Below are positions 1 through 9,873 of a DNA stretch of 64,000 nt, in pieces. The stretch is taken from assembly GCA_963823335.1 (NCBI GenBank), contig CAWGLD010000001.1:1280001-1344000 (forward strand). The letters are read 5' to 3'. This DNA is from an uncultured delta proteobacterium (GTDB lineage Bacteria; Desulfobacterota; Desulfobacteria; Desulfobacterales; B30-G6). Position 1 is the stretch's first letter; the number at the start of each line of letters is the position of its first letter. The translations under genes were made by a program, and so were the position numbers. The notes under the pieces were generated by a model that did not search any database, was not told the DNA's origin, and worked only from the letters and a program-made list of their open reading frames with translations.

Positions 1-126
1 GGTGGGTATGGGCTGATGAAGGAGTATGACGTGGAAAGATTTTATCGGGATCAGAAACTCCTGGAGATCGGAGAAGGGACTTCGGAAGTACAACGGATTG
101 TTATCTCCCGGTATATCGGATGTTAG
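1..126 (+). CDS. Acyl-CoA dehydrogenase, C-terminal end (partial, runs off the window start)
   Basis: Frame 1 reads [41 protein letters not shown], matching the classic ACAD C-terminal GGxG...ERxxRD...IxEGTxE motif. Confidence 0.92.
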   Translation, partial: GGYGLMKEYDVERFYRDQKLLEIGEGTSEVQRIVISRYIGC

Positions 127-143
127 TTTAGACGGTAGGTTTT

Positions 144-197
144 TAGGCTGTAGACTATTAGCGGTAAACAGCCTACAGCCGAATAGTCTATAGCCTA
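144..197. repeat. Intergenic inverted repeat built from short CAGCCTA-type units
   Basis: taggctgtagactatt (144-159) pairs with aatagtctatagccta (182-197), 1 mismatch; internal acagcctacagcc. Confidence 0.6.
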
Positions 198-221
198 TCA
201 CGCTAAAAAATAGGAGTGACC

Positions 222-1004
222 ATGGAAAATGACGTATTGTTGACGGAGGAAAAAGACGGCATATTGATCCTCACATTGAATCGACCGGAGATTATGAATT
301 CGCTCAATTTCAAGATGCTGCATGCGTTGAAAGCGCAGATCGAGGCTGTACGTTTCAATACCGACATACGGGTGGTTATTATTTCCGGTGCAGGAGAAAA
401 AGCCTTTTGCGCAGGGGCGGATTTAAAAGAACGGGTGACGTTGACGCCGATTCAGGTAAAAGAATTTATTACCACCATCCGGAATCTGTTTACCGCCATA
501 GAGGAGTTGAACAAGCCTGTCATCGCGGCCGTTAATGGCGTTGCCCTGGGGGGTGGCACCGAACTGGCCCTTGCATGCGATATTCGTATCGCCTCTTCCA
601 GCGCAACCATGGGGCTCACAGAAACCCGGCTGGCCATTATACCCGGTGCCGGCGGGACACAGAGACTCCCAAGACTGGTGGGAAAGGGAAAGGCCAAAGA
701 ACTCATTTTCATGGGTCTGCGTATCGATGCAGCAGAGGCCAGGCAAATCGGGCTTGTCAATCGAACCTGTAAGCCGGAAGCGTTGCTGGGAGAGGCCATC
801 GCTATGGCAGAGACCATATGCGAAGCCGGCCCCATTGCCATCGAGCAGGCCAAATATGCCATCAACTGCGGTCTGGAAACGGATCTACACACCGGTCTGG
901 CCATTGAATCGAATGCATACTGGATCACCATCCCTACGGAAGACAGGCTGGAAGGCCTCGCTGCCTTTCGCGAGAAGCGTAAGCCGGTTTACAAAGGTAA
1001 ATAA
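222..1004 (+). CDS. Enoyl-CoA hydratase/isomerase (probable methylglutaconyl-CoA hydratase)
   Basis: Crotonase motifs FCAGADLKE, ALGGGTELALACD, PGAGGTQRLPRLVG; GGAG RBS before ATG 222; lies between ACAD and HMG-CoA-lyase-like genes. Confidence 0.92.
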   Translation: MENDVLLTEEKDGILILTLNRPEIMNSLNFKMLHALKAQIEAVRFNTDIRVVIISGAGEKAFCAGADLKERVTLTPIQVKEFITTIRNLFTAIEELNKPVIAAVNGVALGGGTELALACDIRIASSSATMGLTETRLAIIPGAGGTQRLPRLVGKGKAKELIFMGLRIDAAEARQIGLVNRTCKPEALLGEAIAMAETICEAGPIAIEQAKYAINCGLETDLHTGLAIESNAYWITIPTEDRLEGLAAFREKRKPVYKGK

Positions 1005-1040
1005 GACTAATAATAATGAACGCTTAACGGCACAATTTGA

Positions 1041-1212
1041 ATCACGAAAACACGAAACTTGGAAAGCTCGAAAAGAAATATATATTCGGAGCGTTACCTT
1101 ATATTTAATTTGCAGGCTATTAATATTTTAGTTTCATCCCAAGCAAAGGATTTGATCTTGAAAAATTAAGCAATCATTTTTTCGTGTTTTCGACATTTCG
1201 TGTTTTCGTGAT
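1041..1212. repeat. Inverted-repeat element made of CACGAAA units
   Basis: atcacgaaaacacgaaa (1041-1057) is the exact reverse complement of tttcgtgttttcgtgat (1196-1212); arms extend imperfectly to about 34 bp around an AT-rich core. Confidence 0.75.
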
Positions 1213-1258
1213 ATAAAAAATATTCATTTTACCTGAAACAAGAAAGGAGTAAAAAAAA

Positions 1259-2416
1259 ATGACGGAATACGATTACTGGAAAATATTTCCACGGATGCCC
1301 AGAAAAGTCACCATTGGCGACATCACCGTTCGAGACGGGTTTCAACATCTGGAAAAATTCATTTCCACCCGGGCCAAGATATTTTATGCCGAGGAACTGA
1401 TTTTTGCAGGGTGCCGCAACATCGAGGTTACCAATCTGGGAAATGCCTATCTGATGCCCCAGTTCAGCGATGCCGAAGATCTCCTGGCGCACCTCAGGAG
1501 TGATCGCTTCAAGAAGCGCTGCAACGGGAAAGGTATCAACTATGATGACATCTGTATTACCGCTGTTACGATCCGTGAGACAGGTGTCGATCGTGCCATC
1601 GAACTGAAAAAGAAAGGTGTCGGCCCGGACCGCATACTCATGATGGTATCGACAGAGGAAGAACATCATTTTGCCAACTCGGGAACGACCTTGCCGGTCT
1701 ACTGGGCCGAAGCCGAGCGCTGTATCAAGAAATGCACGGATGCCGGTATCAAAATGTGCGGCACGGTCAGTACTATCTGGGGCAGCCCCATTGCCGGGGC
1801 CACGGACATGAAAGATGCCGTCGAATTTACCAAGCGCTGGCTGGAAATCGGTGCATCCGACATCGAACATGCCGATCATGACGGAAGTGCCTCCGCACCG
1901 GAGGTCTACCGGTATTTTTCAATGATACTGGATGAAATACCGAACACAGACCTGCACATTGCCCATTTTCATGAGACCAAACGGGTTGCCTCAGCGTCTG
2001 TGTTGGCTGCGCTGCATGCAGGTATTACACACTTTGAAGGAACCCTGGGCGGACTCGGTGGCCAACCTGCCAATTTTCTGGATGACTGCCCGGTACCGGG
2101 AACCGGAGAGTATTATTACAAAGACCCTAGATATGTCGGACTCACCTGCCTGGAAGACATGCTGGTTCAGGTGGATGAAATGGGTATCGAACATGGCTAC
2201 GATGTGGATCGGATACTGTGGCTGGGCAGACAACTCGAGCGGACGGTGGGGCACCGGTTGCGTTCGGAAGCAGCCATTAACGGCCGAACCTTGAAAGAAG
2301 GCCATATGGAATTTTCAAGACCGGGATTAAAAAAACTCAAAGAAAAAATCGGTGAAACCCCCGACCAGATGTTTCCCGAAGGATGGAGCTCCAAGGCGAG
2401 GCTTCCCCAGGGATAG
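1259..2416 (+). CDS. DRE-TIM metallolyase, HMG-CoA lyase / pyruvate carboxyltransferase-like
   Basis: DITVRDGFQ motif, HFHET metal-binding motif, GLGG; AAGGAG RBS. Confidence 0.88.
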   Translation: MTEYDYWKIFPRMPRKVTIGDITVRDGFQHLEKFISTRAKIFYAEELIFAGCRNIEVTNLGNAYLMPQFSDAEDLLAHLRSDRFKKRCNGKGINYDDICITAVTIRETGVDRAIELKKKGVGPDRILMMVSTEEEHHFANSGTTLPVYWAEAERCIKKCTDAGIKMCGTVSTIWGSPIAGATDMKDAVEFTKRWLEIGASDIEHADHDGSASAPEVYRYFSMILDEIPNTDLHIAHFHETKRVASASVLAALHAGITHFEGTLGGLGGQPANFLDDCPVPGTGEYYYKDPRYVGLTCLEDMLVQVDEMGIEHGYDVDRILWLGRQLERTVGHRLRSEAAINGRTLKEGHMEFSRPGLKKLKEKIGETPDQMFPEGWSSKARLPQG

Positions 2417-2614
2417 ACGCTATCGATAAACTGTTTTTTAGGGTTTGTCAGAATACTGTTCCGTAACGACTTCGGCAAATAACGGCAAACAACCGCCGTT
2501 ATCCCCCGAAGCGTGGGTAAAAAACCAAACGGAACATACGTATGGCGACGGTTATATTAATAATTGATAAATCACGTCAAACAGACTAGTATGAGCATAA
2601 ATTCATAATGTGTA

Positions 2615-2811
2615 TAGAAGCCATCTCAAAAAAAGGGTTTTGGCTCCCGCAAAAAGAGCGGGATCTTCGTCAAGTTCAAGGCGGGCCCGAACTTCAACCC
2701 GCAGGTGCCCGCAGGAAATGCCCTTGGGGTGCATACTCAAGTATTCCGAGGAGTTGAAGCAAGGGACCAACACAGAAATTGGGCTAAAAAACTTTTTTGA
2801 GATAGCTTCTA
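2615..2811. mobile_element. MITE-like element with ~20-bp terminal inverted repeats and TA ends
   Basis: tagaagccatctcaaaaaaag ... cttttttgagatagcttcta; TA at both termini; 197 bp with no credible gene. Confidence 0.75.
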
Positions 2812-2866
2812 GTATAACCGATGTGTTTCCGATCACGCATGATCACCATGGGCGAGGATTTTCTTT

Positions 2867-3358
2867 ATGACCACCCTTCTGTGCTACTCACGCAACCGAT
2901 CCACAAGTGTTGAGCAGATCGATGATGAAACTCTGGTTTCCACCTGTACCCTGCAAGACACTCTCACCGAAGCATTCGTGCGGATCCATATACGATTCCC
3001 CGATTTGAAGATTCTACATGCCGAGGGAGAATTCATCCGTTCAGGCCAGAACGACTGTATCCATGCCGCAGCGGCTTTTGAGAAAATCAAGGGTGTGCGT
3101 ATCGGGGCAGGTATGAAAAAAATTATCCGGGGTCTCACCGGCGAGGTCACCACATGTCAGGAGCTACCACTCCTGATTGAAGAGGCTTGTCATGGCGTCA
3201 TTCTGGCTTTTACGAAAGATACCCTGGCCAAGGCTCCCAGGGAAAAAGCGCTGTCGACCGAGTTTTTCCAAAAAATGGTAAAGGAAAATATTCGGCTGTA
3301 CGATCGCTGTGCGGCATTTGCGCCTCCGAGTCCCTTGGTGGAGGGTCTTGAAATCTGA
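2867..3358 (+). CDS. DUF2889-like protein
   Basis: R.R.T.V...D...L...L.D pattern, C..L..L..E.C motif and C-terminal C.AF, typical of this family. Confidence 0.65.
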   Translation: MTTLLCYSRNRSTSVEQIDDETLVSTCTLQDTLTEAFVRIHIRFPDLKILHAEGEFIRSGQNDCIHAAAAFEKIKGVRIGAGMKKIIRGLTGEVTTCQELPLLIEEACHGVILAFTKDTLAKAPREKALSTEFFQKMVKENIRLYDRCAAFAPPSPLVEGLEI

Positions 3359-3436
3359 TCTTGGAATCAATTTCAGATGCAAAGAACCCGGCAGTGATGG
3401 AGACCCAACCCGGAGAAACCGGAAAAAAAGAATTTT

Positions 3437-3470
3437 ATCACGAAATCACGAAAGTACGAAACCACGAAAA
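3437..3470 (+). repeat. Second copy of the CACGAAA-unit repeat
   Basis: atcacgaaatcacgaaagtacgaaaccacgaaaa, same unit and period as 1041-1074. Confidence 0.7.
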
Positions 3471-3516
3471 CGACGATGAAACTTTTTGTGTTTTTCAAAT
3501 AGGTCAGGACAAGAGC

Positions 3517-4680
3517 ATGCTCAAGTTTCAGAGAAATAAACTGGTCAGCATTTTTCAAGAAAATCCGGATGAACTGCGGATACACGGTTTGCTGGAGGAT
3601 CATATTTTTGGACTTGAAATCGAGATGATGGTCCGAATGGACGATTTAACGATCCATTTCATTGATGGAAAATGGAATCGGGAAGAGACACCCGAGTGTT
3701 CGCGGGCCATACCGTTTTTACAGGAAGCCAAAGGTTTCAAAATTGACAGCAAAGATCTCCCCCAGCAGATCAACAAGATTGTCAGTCGAACAGCATGTCC
3801 CCATTTTGCCAACCTGCTGCTGGAGTGCTGCACGGCGACACAAGAGGCGGTTCAAGTCATCAAGTGGAAGGCAGCCAGTTCTGAACAGCCGGAACTCACT
3901 TTCGAAGCTTATGTCAGCGGTGTTCAAACCGGGGCAGCTAAAAAGCAACCCACACCACTGGTAACCAAAAAAAACCATGAGATCAAACCCTTGCCCAAGG
4001 ACGTGGAAAATCGCCAGCAGAACCGGGCGGGTGGGTTTGTCATCGATCTGCATGCCCATTCCTTTCCTGCTTCCCAGTGCAGTTCCGTCAGCGTAGACGA
4101 TCTGATTCAGGAAGCCAAACGGATTCAACTGCATGCCATATGCCTGACCGATCATAACCATGTTTGGGATCCGAAAGCGATCGAAGAGCTCAATCAAAAA
4201 CATGCTTTCCATGTTTTTGGGGGGAATGAAATCACCACCGATCAGGGGGATATGCTCGTTTTTGGCATGCATACCCCTGTGGAAGGGATCATCAAGCTCA
4301 GCGATCTCAATAAAATGGTGGCGGAGGTTGGTGGTTTCCTGATAGCGGCCCACCCCTTCAGGGGCTTTTTGGTATTCAACGCCAGTCAGATCGGGTTAAC
4401 GGTTGAAAAGGCCATGCAACGCTCCGCATATACACAGGTGCATGCGCTGGAGGTTCTGAACGGGAAAGTGACCGGAGAGGAGAATCGCTTTGCTGAAAAG
4501 GTTGCAGCAGGGCTGGGTCTTCCGGTCACCGGCGGCAGCGATGCGCACGAGATCTCTGGTGTGGGGAAGTATGCGACCCGTTTTGAACATCCCATAGAAG
4601 ACGAAAAAGAACTCGTCCAGGCATTGAAAAGCGGCCAATATGAACCTTGTGCATTTCGAAAGGAAAGAGGGTTCAAATGA
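3517..4680 (+). CDS. DUF2889-like N-terminal domain fused to a PHP-family metallophosphoesterase
   Basis: PHP motifs DLHAHS, TDHNH, AAHPFR, GGSDAH; N-domain with C.RA and CPHFANLLLEC. Start moved to ATG 3517 because the upstream extension is repeat DNA. Confidence 0.8.
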   Translation: MLKFQRNKLVSIFQENPDELRIHGLLEDHIFGLEIEMMVRMDDLTIHFIDGKWNREETPECSRAIPFLQEAKGFKIDSKDLPQQINKIVSRTACPHFANLLLECCTATQEAVQVIKWKAASSEQPELTFEAYVSGVQTGAAKKQPTPLVTKKNHEIKPLPKDVENRQQNRAGGFVIDLHAHSFPASQCSSVSVDDLIQEAKRIQLHAICLTDHNHVWDPKAIEELNQKHAFHVFGGNEITTDQGDMLVFGMHTPVEGIIKLSDLNKMVAEVGGFLIAAHPFRGFLVFNASQIGLTVEKAMQRSAYTQVHALEVLNGKVTGEENRFAEKVAAGLGLPVTGGSDAHEISGVGKYATRFEHPIEDEKELVQALKSGQYEPCAFRKERGFK

Positions 4681-6086
4681 CAGGTAAAACAGACTGGAAA
4701 AAAGTGGTCCGAAGAATGGAGCAGTTGCTACGGTTGAAATCCTTTCCAGTGGCTTTCAAGATGCTAGCCAATAAAGAAGAACTGAAGCAGATTCCCTTTC
4801 TTCGCCGAACCCAGCACAAATCAACCCTCTGCCAATTGATCACACTGGTCAGAAATTTCGACTGGACCGTAGGGGCCGATCTGGACGACTTTTTGTTTGA
4901 TGCGTGCCCTTCCATTCTGGGGCTCTGTGACATCCCCGAGATCTGCAAAGACGGCACTTTCAGAAGTATTGTGTGGGTAAAGACCAAAAAGGACGGTCAA
5001 AAATATGAGGCATCCATACCAAGGCTTCCCATGGGAAAATACCAAGCCGTTGCCATGGCGCCCCTGGTCTACAACCCCTTTGAACCGGACATCGTTCTCC
5101 TTTATGCCAACCCCGCCCAGATGATTCTGTTGATCAATGCTCTGCAGTTCGAAGATTACGAGGTCATGCAATTCTTCTGCGTTGGAGAGTCTTCCTGTTC
5201 GGACGCCATTGCCCGTTGCTACGCATCGAACAAGCCTTCTCTGACGATACCCTGTTATGGAGAGCGCCGGTATGGCCATGCTCAGGATGAGGATCTGGTG
5301 ATGGCCATTCCAACGGCCATGATGACCAAGGCACTGACGGGTCTGGAGACCCTTTATCGCAGGGGTGTCCGCTATCCCATCAGCTTTGCCGGTGCCGAGG
5401 GGGATGTGGGCCCAATGTTTCCGGCCAGTTATGCAGGATTAAAAGAAATCTCGGAAAAACTGAAAGGCGACGGCAAGCATATGCTACTGGGGGTTACGGG
5501 TGGTATTGCCAGCGGCAAGTCATCCGTTTCCGACCTGCTGTCGGAAATGGGTGCGCCGCTCATCGATTTCGATCTCCTGGCACGACAGGTGGTGGAACCC
5601 GGAACCCAGGGCTATAGGGATATCGTGGACTATTTTGGGAAACAGGTCCTTCAGGAAAGCGGCGAACTGGATCGAAAAAAACTATCCGAGGTCGTGTTCA
5701 ACGATATTGAGAAACGAAAAAAACTGGAAAGCTTTACCCACCCGTATATTTATGATGAATTTTTTAAGGAAATCGACGCGATTACCAAAAAACAGCCCGA
5801 TGCAACAATCCAGGTGTCGGTACCGCTGCTCATCGAGCTGAATCTGCAATTCCTATTTGACAAACTGCTGGTGGTACATGTAAAGCCCCAAACCCAGGCC
5901 AAAAGACTCGCCGCGCGTGATGGAATAACCCTGGCGGCTGCTGAAAACATCATGAAATCCCAGCTCCCCATCGATGAAAAAGCGAGTTATGCTGATTTTG
6001 TGATCGACAACGAAGGGACATTGGAAGACACCAGGAAACAGGTTAAAGCGGTCTGGGAATCGATCAACAAAATGCGGCAAAAGTAA
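4677..6086 (+). CDS. coaE: DUF169-like domain fused to dephospho-CoA kinase
   Basis: C-terminal GVTGGIASGKS P-loop, IDFDLLAR, LDRKKL, THP, ADFVIDNEG; N-terminal Cys-rich LCQ, GESSCSD, PCYGER; ATGA overlap with the upstream gene. Confidence 0.85.
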   Translation: MTGKTDWKKVVRRMEQLLRLKSFPVAFKMLANKEELKQIPFLRRTQHKSTLCQLITLVRNFDWTVGADLDDFLFDACPSILGLCDIPEICKDGTFRSIVWVKTKKDGQKYEASIPRLPMGKYQAVAMAPLVYNPFEPDIVLLYANPAQMILLINALQFEDYEVMQFFCVGESSCSDAIARCYASNKPSLTIPCYGERRYGHAQDEDLVMAIPTAMMTKALTGLETLYRRGVRYPISFAGAEGDVGPMFPASYAGLKEISEKLKGDGKHMLLGVTGGIASGKSSVSDLLSEMGAPLIDFDLLARQVVEPGTQGYRDIVDYFGKQVLQESGELDRKKLSEVVFNDIEKRKKLESFTHPYIYDEFFKEIDAITKKQPDATIQVSVPLLIELNLQFLFDKLLVVHVKPQTQAKRLAARDGITLAAAENIMKSQLPIDEKASYADFVIDNEGTLEDTRKQVKAVWESINKMRQK

Positions 6087-6110
6087 TTTTCCCTGGCAAA
6101 AGGTGTGACC

Positions 6111-6926
6111 ATGTACGAAGATTTTTTATATCGGGAAATTCCTACCCTCGGACCCAGGGTGTTTCGGCTTGGCCTGGCTACCAACTATGGTGTCGAGGGG
6201 GTCGATTTGGAATGGGCCCTGGAGCAGGGTGTAAACTATGTTTTTTGGACCCCCAAGGCACGACAAGTAACCCCGTCTCTCAAATCAGCGTTAAAGCGTG
6301 ATCGGGAATCCCTCATTCTGGCTTGTGGGCCGACCACCGGATATTTTGGAGGAGGTGTCAGGCGTGCTTGCGAACGATTGCTCAAGAAGCTCGGCACGGA
6401 CTATCTCGATATCTTTCAGCTTTTCTGGCTGGGTCGTACCAGCGCCTGGACGCCATCCACGATTGAAGCGTTACTCTCCCTTCGGGAATCAGGCAAGATT
6501 CGGGCTATCGGGGTGAGCATTCACGACCGGAAAAGGGCTGGAAAGCTTGCCCAGGAGTCTCCCTTGGACATGCTGATGGTCCGTTATAATGCGGCGCATA
6601 CAGGTGCCGAACAGGATATTTTTCCCTACCTGGCCAAACGTAAACCAACGATTGTTGCCTATACGGCCACACGATGGCGCGGTCTGCTTAAGCGTCCAAA
6701 AGAATGGAGCGGCCCTGTCATGACGGCATCTGACTGTTATCGTTTCTGCCTTTCCAACCCCCATGTCGATATCGTGCTCACAGGTCCTAAAAACCGTAAT
6801 CAACTCCAGGAAAATATAAGTAATCTTCGGGAAAAAGGTCCATTGACAGAAGAAGAATACCACTGGATCCGGGATTTCGGACGCATTGTTCACAGAGGTA
6901 GTTCGCGGTTTACATTTGGGTTTTAG
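6111..6926 (+). CDS. Aldo/keto reductase family protein
   Basis: LKKLGTDYLDIFQL, GKIRAIGVSIH, MVRYNAAH, LSNPHVDIVLTG motifs. Confidence 0.85.
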   Translation: MYEDFLYREIPTLGPRVFRLGLATNYGVEGVDLEWALEQGVNYVFWTPKARQVTPSLKSALKRDRESLILACGPTTGYFGGGVRRACERLLKKLGTDYLDIFQLFWLGRTSAWTPSTIEALLSLRESGKIRAIGVSIHDRKRAGKLAQESPLDMLMVRYNAAHTGAEQDIFPYLAKRKPTIVAYTATRWRGLLKRPKEWSGPVMTASDCYRFCLSNPHVDIVLTGPKNRNQLQENISNLREKGPLTEEEYHWIRDFGRIVHRGSSRFTFGF

Positions 6927-6967
6927 TCAGACGTATCACCAGCTTTACGAAAGACCGATATTATTAG

Positions 6968-7165
6968 GTTAGGGAAGGATATGCACCCTATGAAAAACTC
7001 AATCCCGTATATGCTGAATACAACATAGGCAATTATGCACGAAGTTTTACCGTCTCCAATGCGGTAGATACCAGTAATATCAAGGCTGTTCTCAGAGACG
7101 GGGTTCTATCCTTGACGCTGCTCAAGGCGCCTGAAGCAAAACCGAGGGTAATTTCTGTCAAATAA
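6968..7165 (+). pseudogene. Hsp20/alpha-crystallin C-terminal remnant
   Basis: Manual translation ...VYAEYNIGNYARSFTVSNAVDTSNIKAVLRDGVLSLTLLKAPEAKPRVISVK*; no start codon and an in-frame TAG immediately upstream. Confidence 0.8.
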
Positions 7166-7289
7166 AATACTCAGTAGGAACGTGCTGAGTTTGCTCCAGC
7201 TTACCGGCGTTCCTACTAGATTTAATTTCCTCAAACTCTCTTTTATTGATCGATAACAATGCCGGAAAGCGCATTGTGGAAGCGCTTAG

Positions 7290-7560
7290 ACGGATACTCC
7301 AGACCAGGACAAACCGATCGTGGTTTCGACATTGGGCTCCTATGTCACCCCCGAGGCGACGACCATTCTTATGAGCCTTGATATCGAGCACTTCATTGTC
7401 GCGTTCGATTGGGACGAACTCGGCAGAAACGGTATCGAACGGATGGCAGCCAAATCAAACGGGTGGGTCTATTACCTTGGCGGTCCGGCTAAAGATCAGG
7501 CCCCTTTCGATATGTTAAAGCCGGTGGTCGACGCCATCAGAGGGTTTTCCCTGGGAACAC
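7290..7560 (+). pseudogene. TOPRIM-domain (primase-like) fragment
   Basis: KPIVVSTLGS...IVAFDWDELGRNGIERM resembles the TOPRIM DxD strand-helix; N-terminal part is missing. Confidence 0.5.
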
Positions 7561-7605
7561 CTGATGACCGGTGCGCGATGGGCCCGGAAACGATAGGAGG
7601 TAAAA

Positions 7606-9741
7606 ATGGATGATATCATTTTGTTTCCCCATTTACCGGAACGCCTCGCGGGTCTGGAGGAGTTGGCGGAAAACCTTTGGTGGAGCTGGAATCCAGGAGC
7701 ACGAATGCTCTTCAAGACACTCGACCGGCAGGGTTGGAAGGAAAGCGGTCACAACCCCGACAAGATGCTGAGGGAGTTACCCCCCGAAATTCTGGAGAAG
7801 GCAGCCGCTGATATCGACTATCTGCGTCAATACGATGCCGTGCTGGATGTGTTCAGTAGCTACCTGCAACAAAAAGAATGCCGCCTGCTGGGACCCGTTT
7901 CCTGGGATCACAAGTATGCCGTGGCCTACTTTTCCGCCGAATACGGTCTCCATCGCTCCTTGCCCTTTTATGCCGGTGGATTGGGCTTTTTGGCGGGAGA
8001 CTATATAAAGGAATGCAGCGACCTTTGCTTCCCGCTGGTGGCGGTGGGGTTTATGTATCCGGAAGGCTATTTCCGGCAACAGATCCGGGATGACGGCTGG
8101 CAGGAAAATCTCGTCGAGTCCATCAACCGCGAGGCCGCCCCGATTTCCAAGGTGATGGGTAAAGATGGACGGCAACTCGTCGTTAAGGTGCCGCTAACCG
8201 ATCCCCCCATTTATACCGCGGTGTGGAAGGTCGCCGTGGGGCGGGTAATCCTCTATCTGATGGATACGGATGTCGAAATCAACGATCCCTGGAACAGAGG
8301 CATCAGCGCCCGGCTCTACATCGGCGATATAGAGCAGCGCCTACGCCAGGAAATCGTTTTAGGGCTTGGTGGTGCCGAGATGCTCAAGGCGCTAGGGATA
8401 GATCATTACCTCTTACACTTGAACGAGGGCCATGCGGCCTTCGCCCTGTTGGAACGTATCCGGGCAACGGTATCAACGGGCAAAGATTTTGCGGCGGCCT
8501 GCGAAAAAAATATCAACACTACGATCTTCACGACACACACCCCCGTTCCCGCAGGTCACGATGTTTTTCCCTTTCAGTTGATGGAAAAGTATTTTCATTC
8601 ATACTTGCCTGACCTGGGTCTTGATCGCGACGCATTTTTCCAATTAGGCATCCATCCGGAAAAACCGGGGGAAGGATTCAACATGACCGCTTTCGCACTG
8701 AGGTTATCCGGCTTTCGCAACGCTGTGAGCAAACGGCACGCCCAAGTCTCCCGGAAGATGTGGCAAAGCCTCTGGCCCGACCTGCTGGAAGATCAGGTCC
8801 CCATCGATTACGTCACCAACGGCATCCACGTGCCCACCTGGATCGAACCGAAAATAAAGCTTCTTCTGGACAAGTACCTGGGGGCCGAATGGCTGGATAA
8901 GCATGACGATCCGGCTATCTGGCAGCTTCTCGACGACATTCCTGATACCGAGTTGTGGCAAACGCACCACTGGCTCAAAGTAAAACTGATCGATGCCATC
9001 AGGGAGCGCACACGCCAACGCTGGGCCAATGGGGATGCCAGCGCCTCCATCATGCTTACCGGGGGCGCTTTTCTGGATCCCTCGGTTCTTACGCTCGGCT
9101 TTGCCCGCCGGTTTGCCACCTACAAAAGAGCCTTGTTGATCTTCCAGGACCTGGAGCGTCTCAAGAAACACTTCAAGGACCGCTGGCGTCCGATCCAGAT
9201 CATCTTTGCCGGAAAAGCCCATCCTGCCGATGACCCCGGCAAACGGCTACTTCAGAACCTGATCAACCTGGCTCGTGATCCGCAGCTTGGGGGCCGAATT
9301 GCCTTTGTGGAGGATTATGGCGAACAATTGGCCCAGTACCTGGTGCACGGGGTGGATATATGGCTCAACAATCCGCTGCCGCCTTTCGAGGCCTGCGGAA
9401 CCAGCGGTATGAAGGCTGCTCTAAACGGTGTACCCCATTTAAGCGTGCTGGACGGCTGGTGGGGAGAAGGGTTTAATGGGAATAATGGCTGGGCTGTTGA
9501 CCATGATGCAAATTCTGAGAATCCGGATGGCAGCGATGCCGAAAAGATTTACCGGCTTCTGGAAGATCAGATCATTCCCCTTTATTACAAGATGTCGGAA
9601 AACGGCGTGCCCCTCGAGTGGGTCCGGCTGATGAAGGCAACCATTAAAAGCGTGGCAGCCGGTTTTTCCGCGCGCCGGATGGTCAAGCAATATATTGAAA
9701 AGATCTATCCCACCAGGTTTAAAACCAATGGAGAAACGTAA
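7606..9741 (+). CDS. glgP: Alpha-glucan (glycogen) phosphorylase
   Basis: YAGGLGFLAGD, LNEGHA, FTTHTPVPAGHD, ARRFATYKR, PLP-lysine motif EACGTSGMKAALNG; AGGAGG RBS. Confidence 0.95.
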   Translation: MDDIILFPHLPERLAGLEELAENLWWSWNPGARMLFKTLDRQGWKESGHNPDKMLRELPPEILEKAAADIDYLRQYDAVLDVFSSYLQQKECRLLGPVSWDHKYAVAYFSAEYGLHRSLPFYAGGLGFLAGDYIKECSDLCFPLVAVGFMYPEGYFRQQIRDDGWQENLVESINREAAPISKVMGKDGRQLVVKVPLTDPPIYTAVWKVAVGRVILYLMDTDVEINDPWNRGISARLYIGDIEQRLRQEIVLGLGGAEMLKALGIDHYLLHLNEGHAAFALLERIRATVSTGKDFAAACEKNINTTIFTTHTPVPAGHDVFPFQLMEKYFHSYLPDLGLDRDAFFQLGIHPEKPGEGFNMTAFALRLSGFRNAVSKRHAQVSRKMWQSLWPDLLEDQVPIDYVTNGIHVPTWIEPKIKLLLDKYLGAEWLDKHDDPAIWQLLDDIPDTELWQTHHWLKVKLIDAIRERTRQRWANGDASASIMLTGGAFLDPSVLTLGFARRFATYKRALLIFQDLERLKKHFKDRWRPIQIIFAGKAHPADDPGKRLLQNLINLARDPQLGGRIAFVEDYGEQLAQYLVHGVDIWLNNPLPPFEACGTSGMKAALNGVPHLSVLDGWWGEGFNGNNGWAVDHDANSENPDGSDAEKIYRLLEDQIIPLYYKMSENGVPLEWVRLMKATIKSVAAGFSARRMVKQYIEKIYPTRFKTNGET

Positions 9742-9873
9742 AAATCGCAGAGGACTTTTCTGCACAAGCTGAAAGACAACCTCGAACAAGGCACACGATA
9801 ACGGCAACCGCCCAGTCTATGCATGCAATTCATTGGACTTGTCCATCTAGTAATTAAAAGGTACATCAACCAT

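Noticed and set aside
1041-1212. CRISPR array
   Set aside because: The units are short, inverted and lack unique spacers; no cas genes and no array seen anywhere in the window
2603-2870. ORFs 2610..2870 (+) and 2603..2836 (-)
   Set aside because: They lie almost wholly within the MITE; no RBS or family features
3361-3516. N-terminal extension of the PHP fusion
   Set aside because: Translated repeat DNA (CACGAAA units); the domain begins at ATG 3517
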